Of a stretch of DNA of 64,000 nucleotides, positions 63,456 to 64,000 are shown one piece after another (the first letter of the stretch is position 1; each line of letters opens with the position of its first letter). Below the pieces are notes generated by a model, which made no database searches, had not been told where the DNA came from, and was given only the letters and a program-made list of their open reading frames with translations. Location: positions 23,666,999 to 23,730,998 of the forward strand of contig NC_057749.1 in assembly GCF_004010195.1 (NCBI RefSeq), given 5' to 3'. The position numbers were made by a program, and so were the translations under genes. Source of the stretch: Chiloscyllium plagiosum (taxonomy: Eukaryota).

Positions 63456-64000
63456 CAGCAGCTTACTGAGAGGGATGACATAAAAATCACTAAATTGCAA
63501 ATACTGGGGAGGTGAAATTGCAAAAGTCCGACTGAACAGTTACAGAAAAAGTACAGATGCCGATTAATTGTAGCATGGTGTGTAATTTCTCAGTTCCCTA
63601 CCACAGAGAGAGAGGGGGTTGCTTAGATACGAAGCAATGGGATTTTTGTTTTAAAAAAGCACGGTCACTAAAGCAAACTAACAGGAAATGTGAAGGTTTG
63701 ACATTGCTCCCGATCCCCCAGCTGGATCTTAAATTGCAAACATTCGCACATGTTTTAGGCAGGTGACCTTGTAAGGCAGTGAAGGTGTATGTGTGTGTGC
63801 AAGTGGACCTTTCCTCGCTTTGATCTTTTAATGTACTGTTGATGGAGTTGTAAAGTGCAGCTTTATCACCAAGGATACTTCAAGGTTTTATCAATTACTA
63901 CAGACATTCATCGCTGGTCAGCCTGCGGGGTTGTCAAAGGTATTAAAGATGTCATGCATGGTCAGGAAATAAGTTCATAGTGTGTATTGTTTATGTATCT

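Overview
Vertebrate genomic DNA with a shark (elasmobranch)-type repeat landscape and two assembly gaps (35135-35409, 54809-55630). Two genes lie on the minus strand. (1) The first six coding exons of VPS13C: ATG at 35867 in a CpG-rich island, exons of 100/44/43/96/102/63 nt, all GT-AG; the gene continues off the left edge. (2) A C2CD4-family gene (C2CD4A/B position) whose CDS is a single exon at 57253-58260, with a splice acceptor at 58349/58350 and a candidate TATA/CCAAT/AP-1 promoter near 63.3-63.45 kb. The rest is mostly decayed retroelements: many CR1 pieces, L2-like pieces, tRNA-SINEs, RTE, a Rex1/Babar copy, a full-length TSD-flanked L1-clade element and Penelope-like (GIY-YIG) fragments. 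The most notable unexplained structure is a set of several short Penelope-derived families carrying a minimal hammerhead-ribozyme core (CUGANGA-A-stemII-GAAA-NN-UH) with co-varying stems. These are often inserted as TSD-flanked head-to-head palindromes, and some lie in the sense orientation inside VPS13C introns. TE boundaries are approximate and were identified by eye; no database search was possible.
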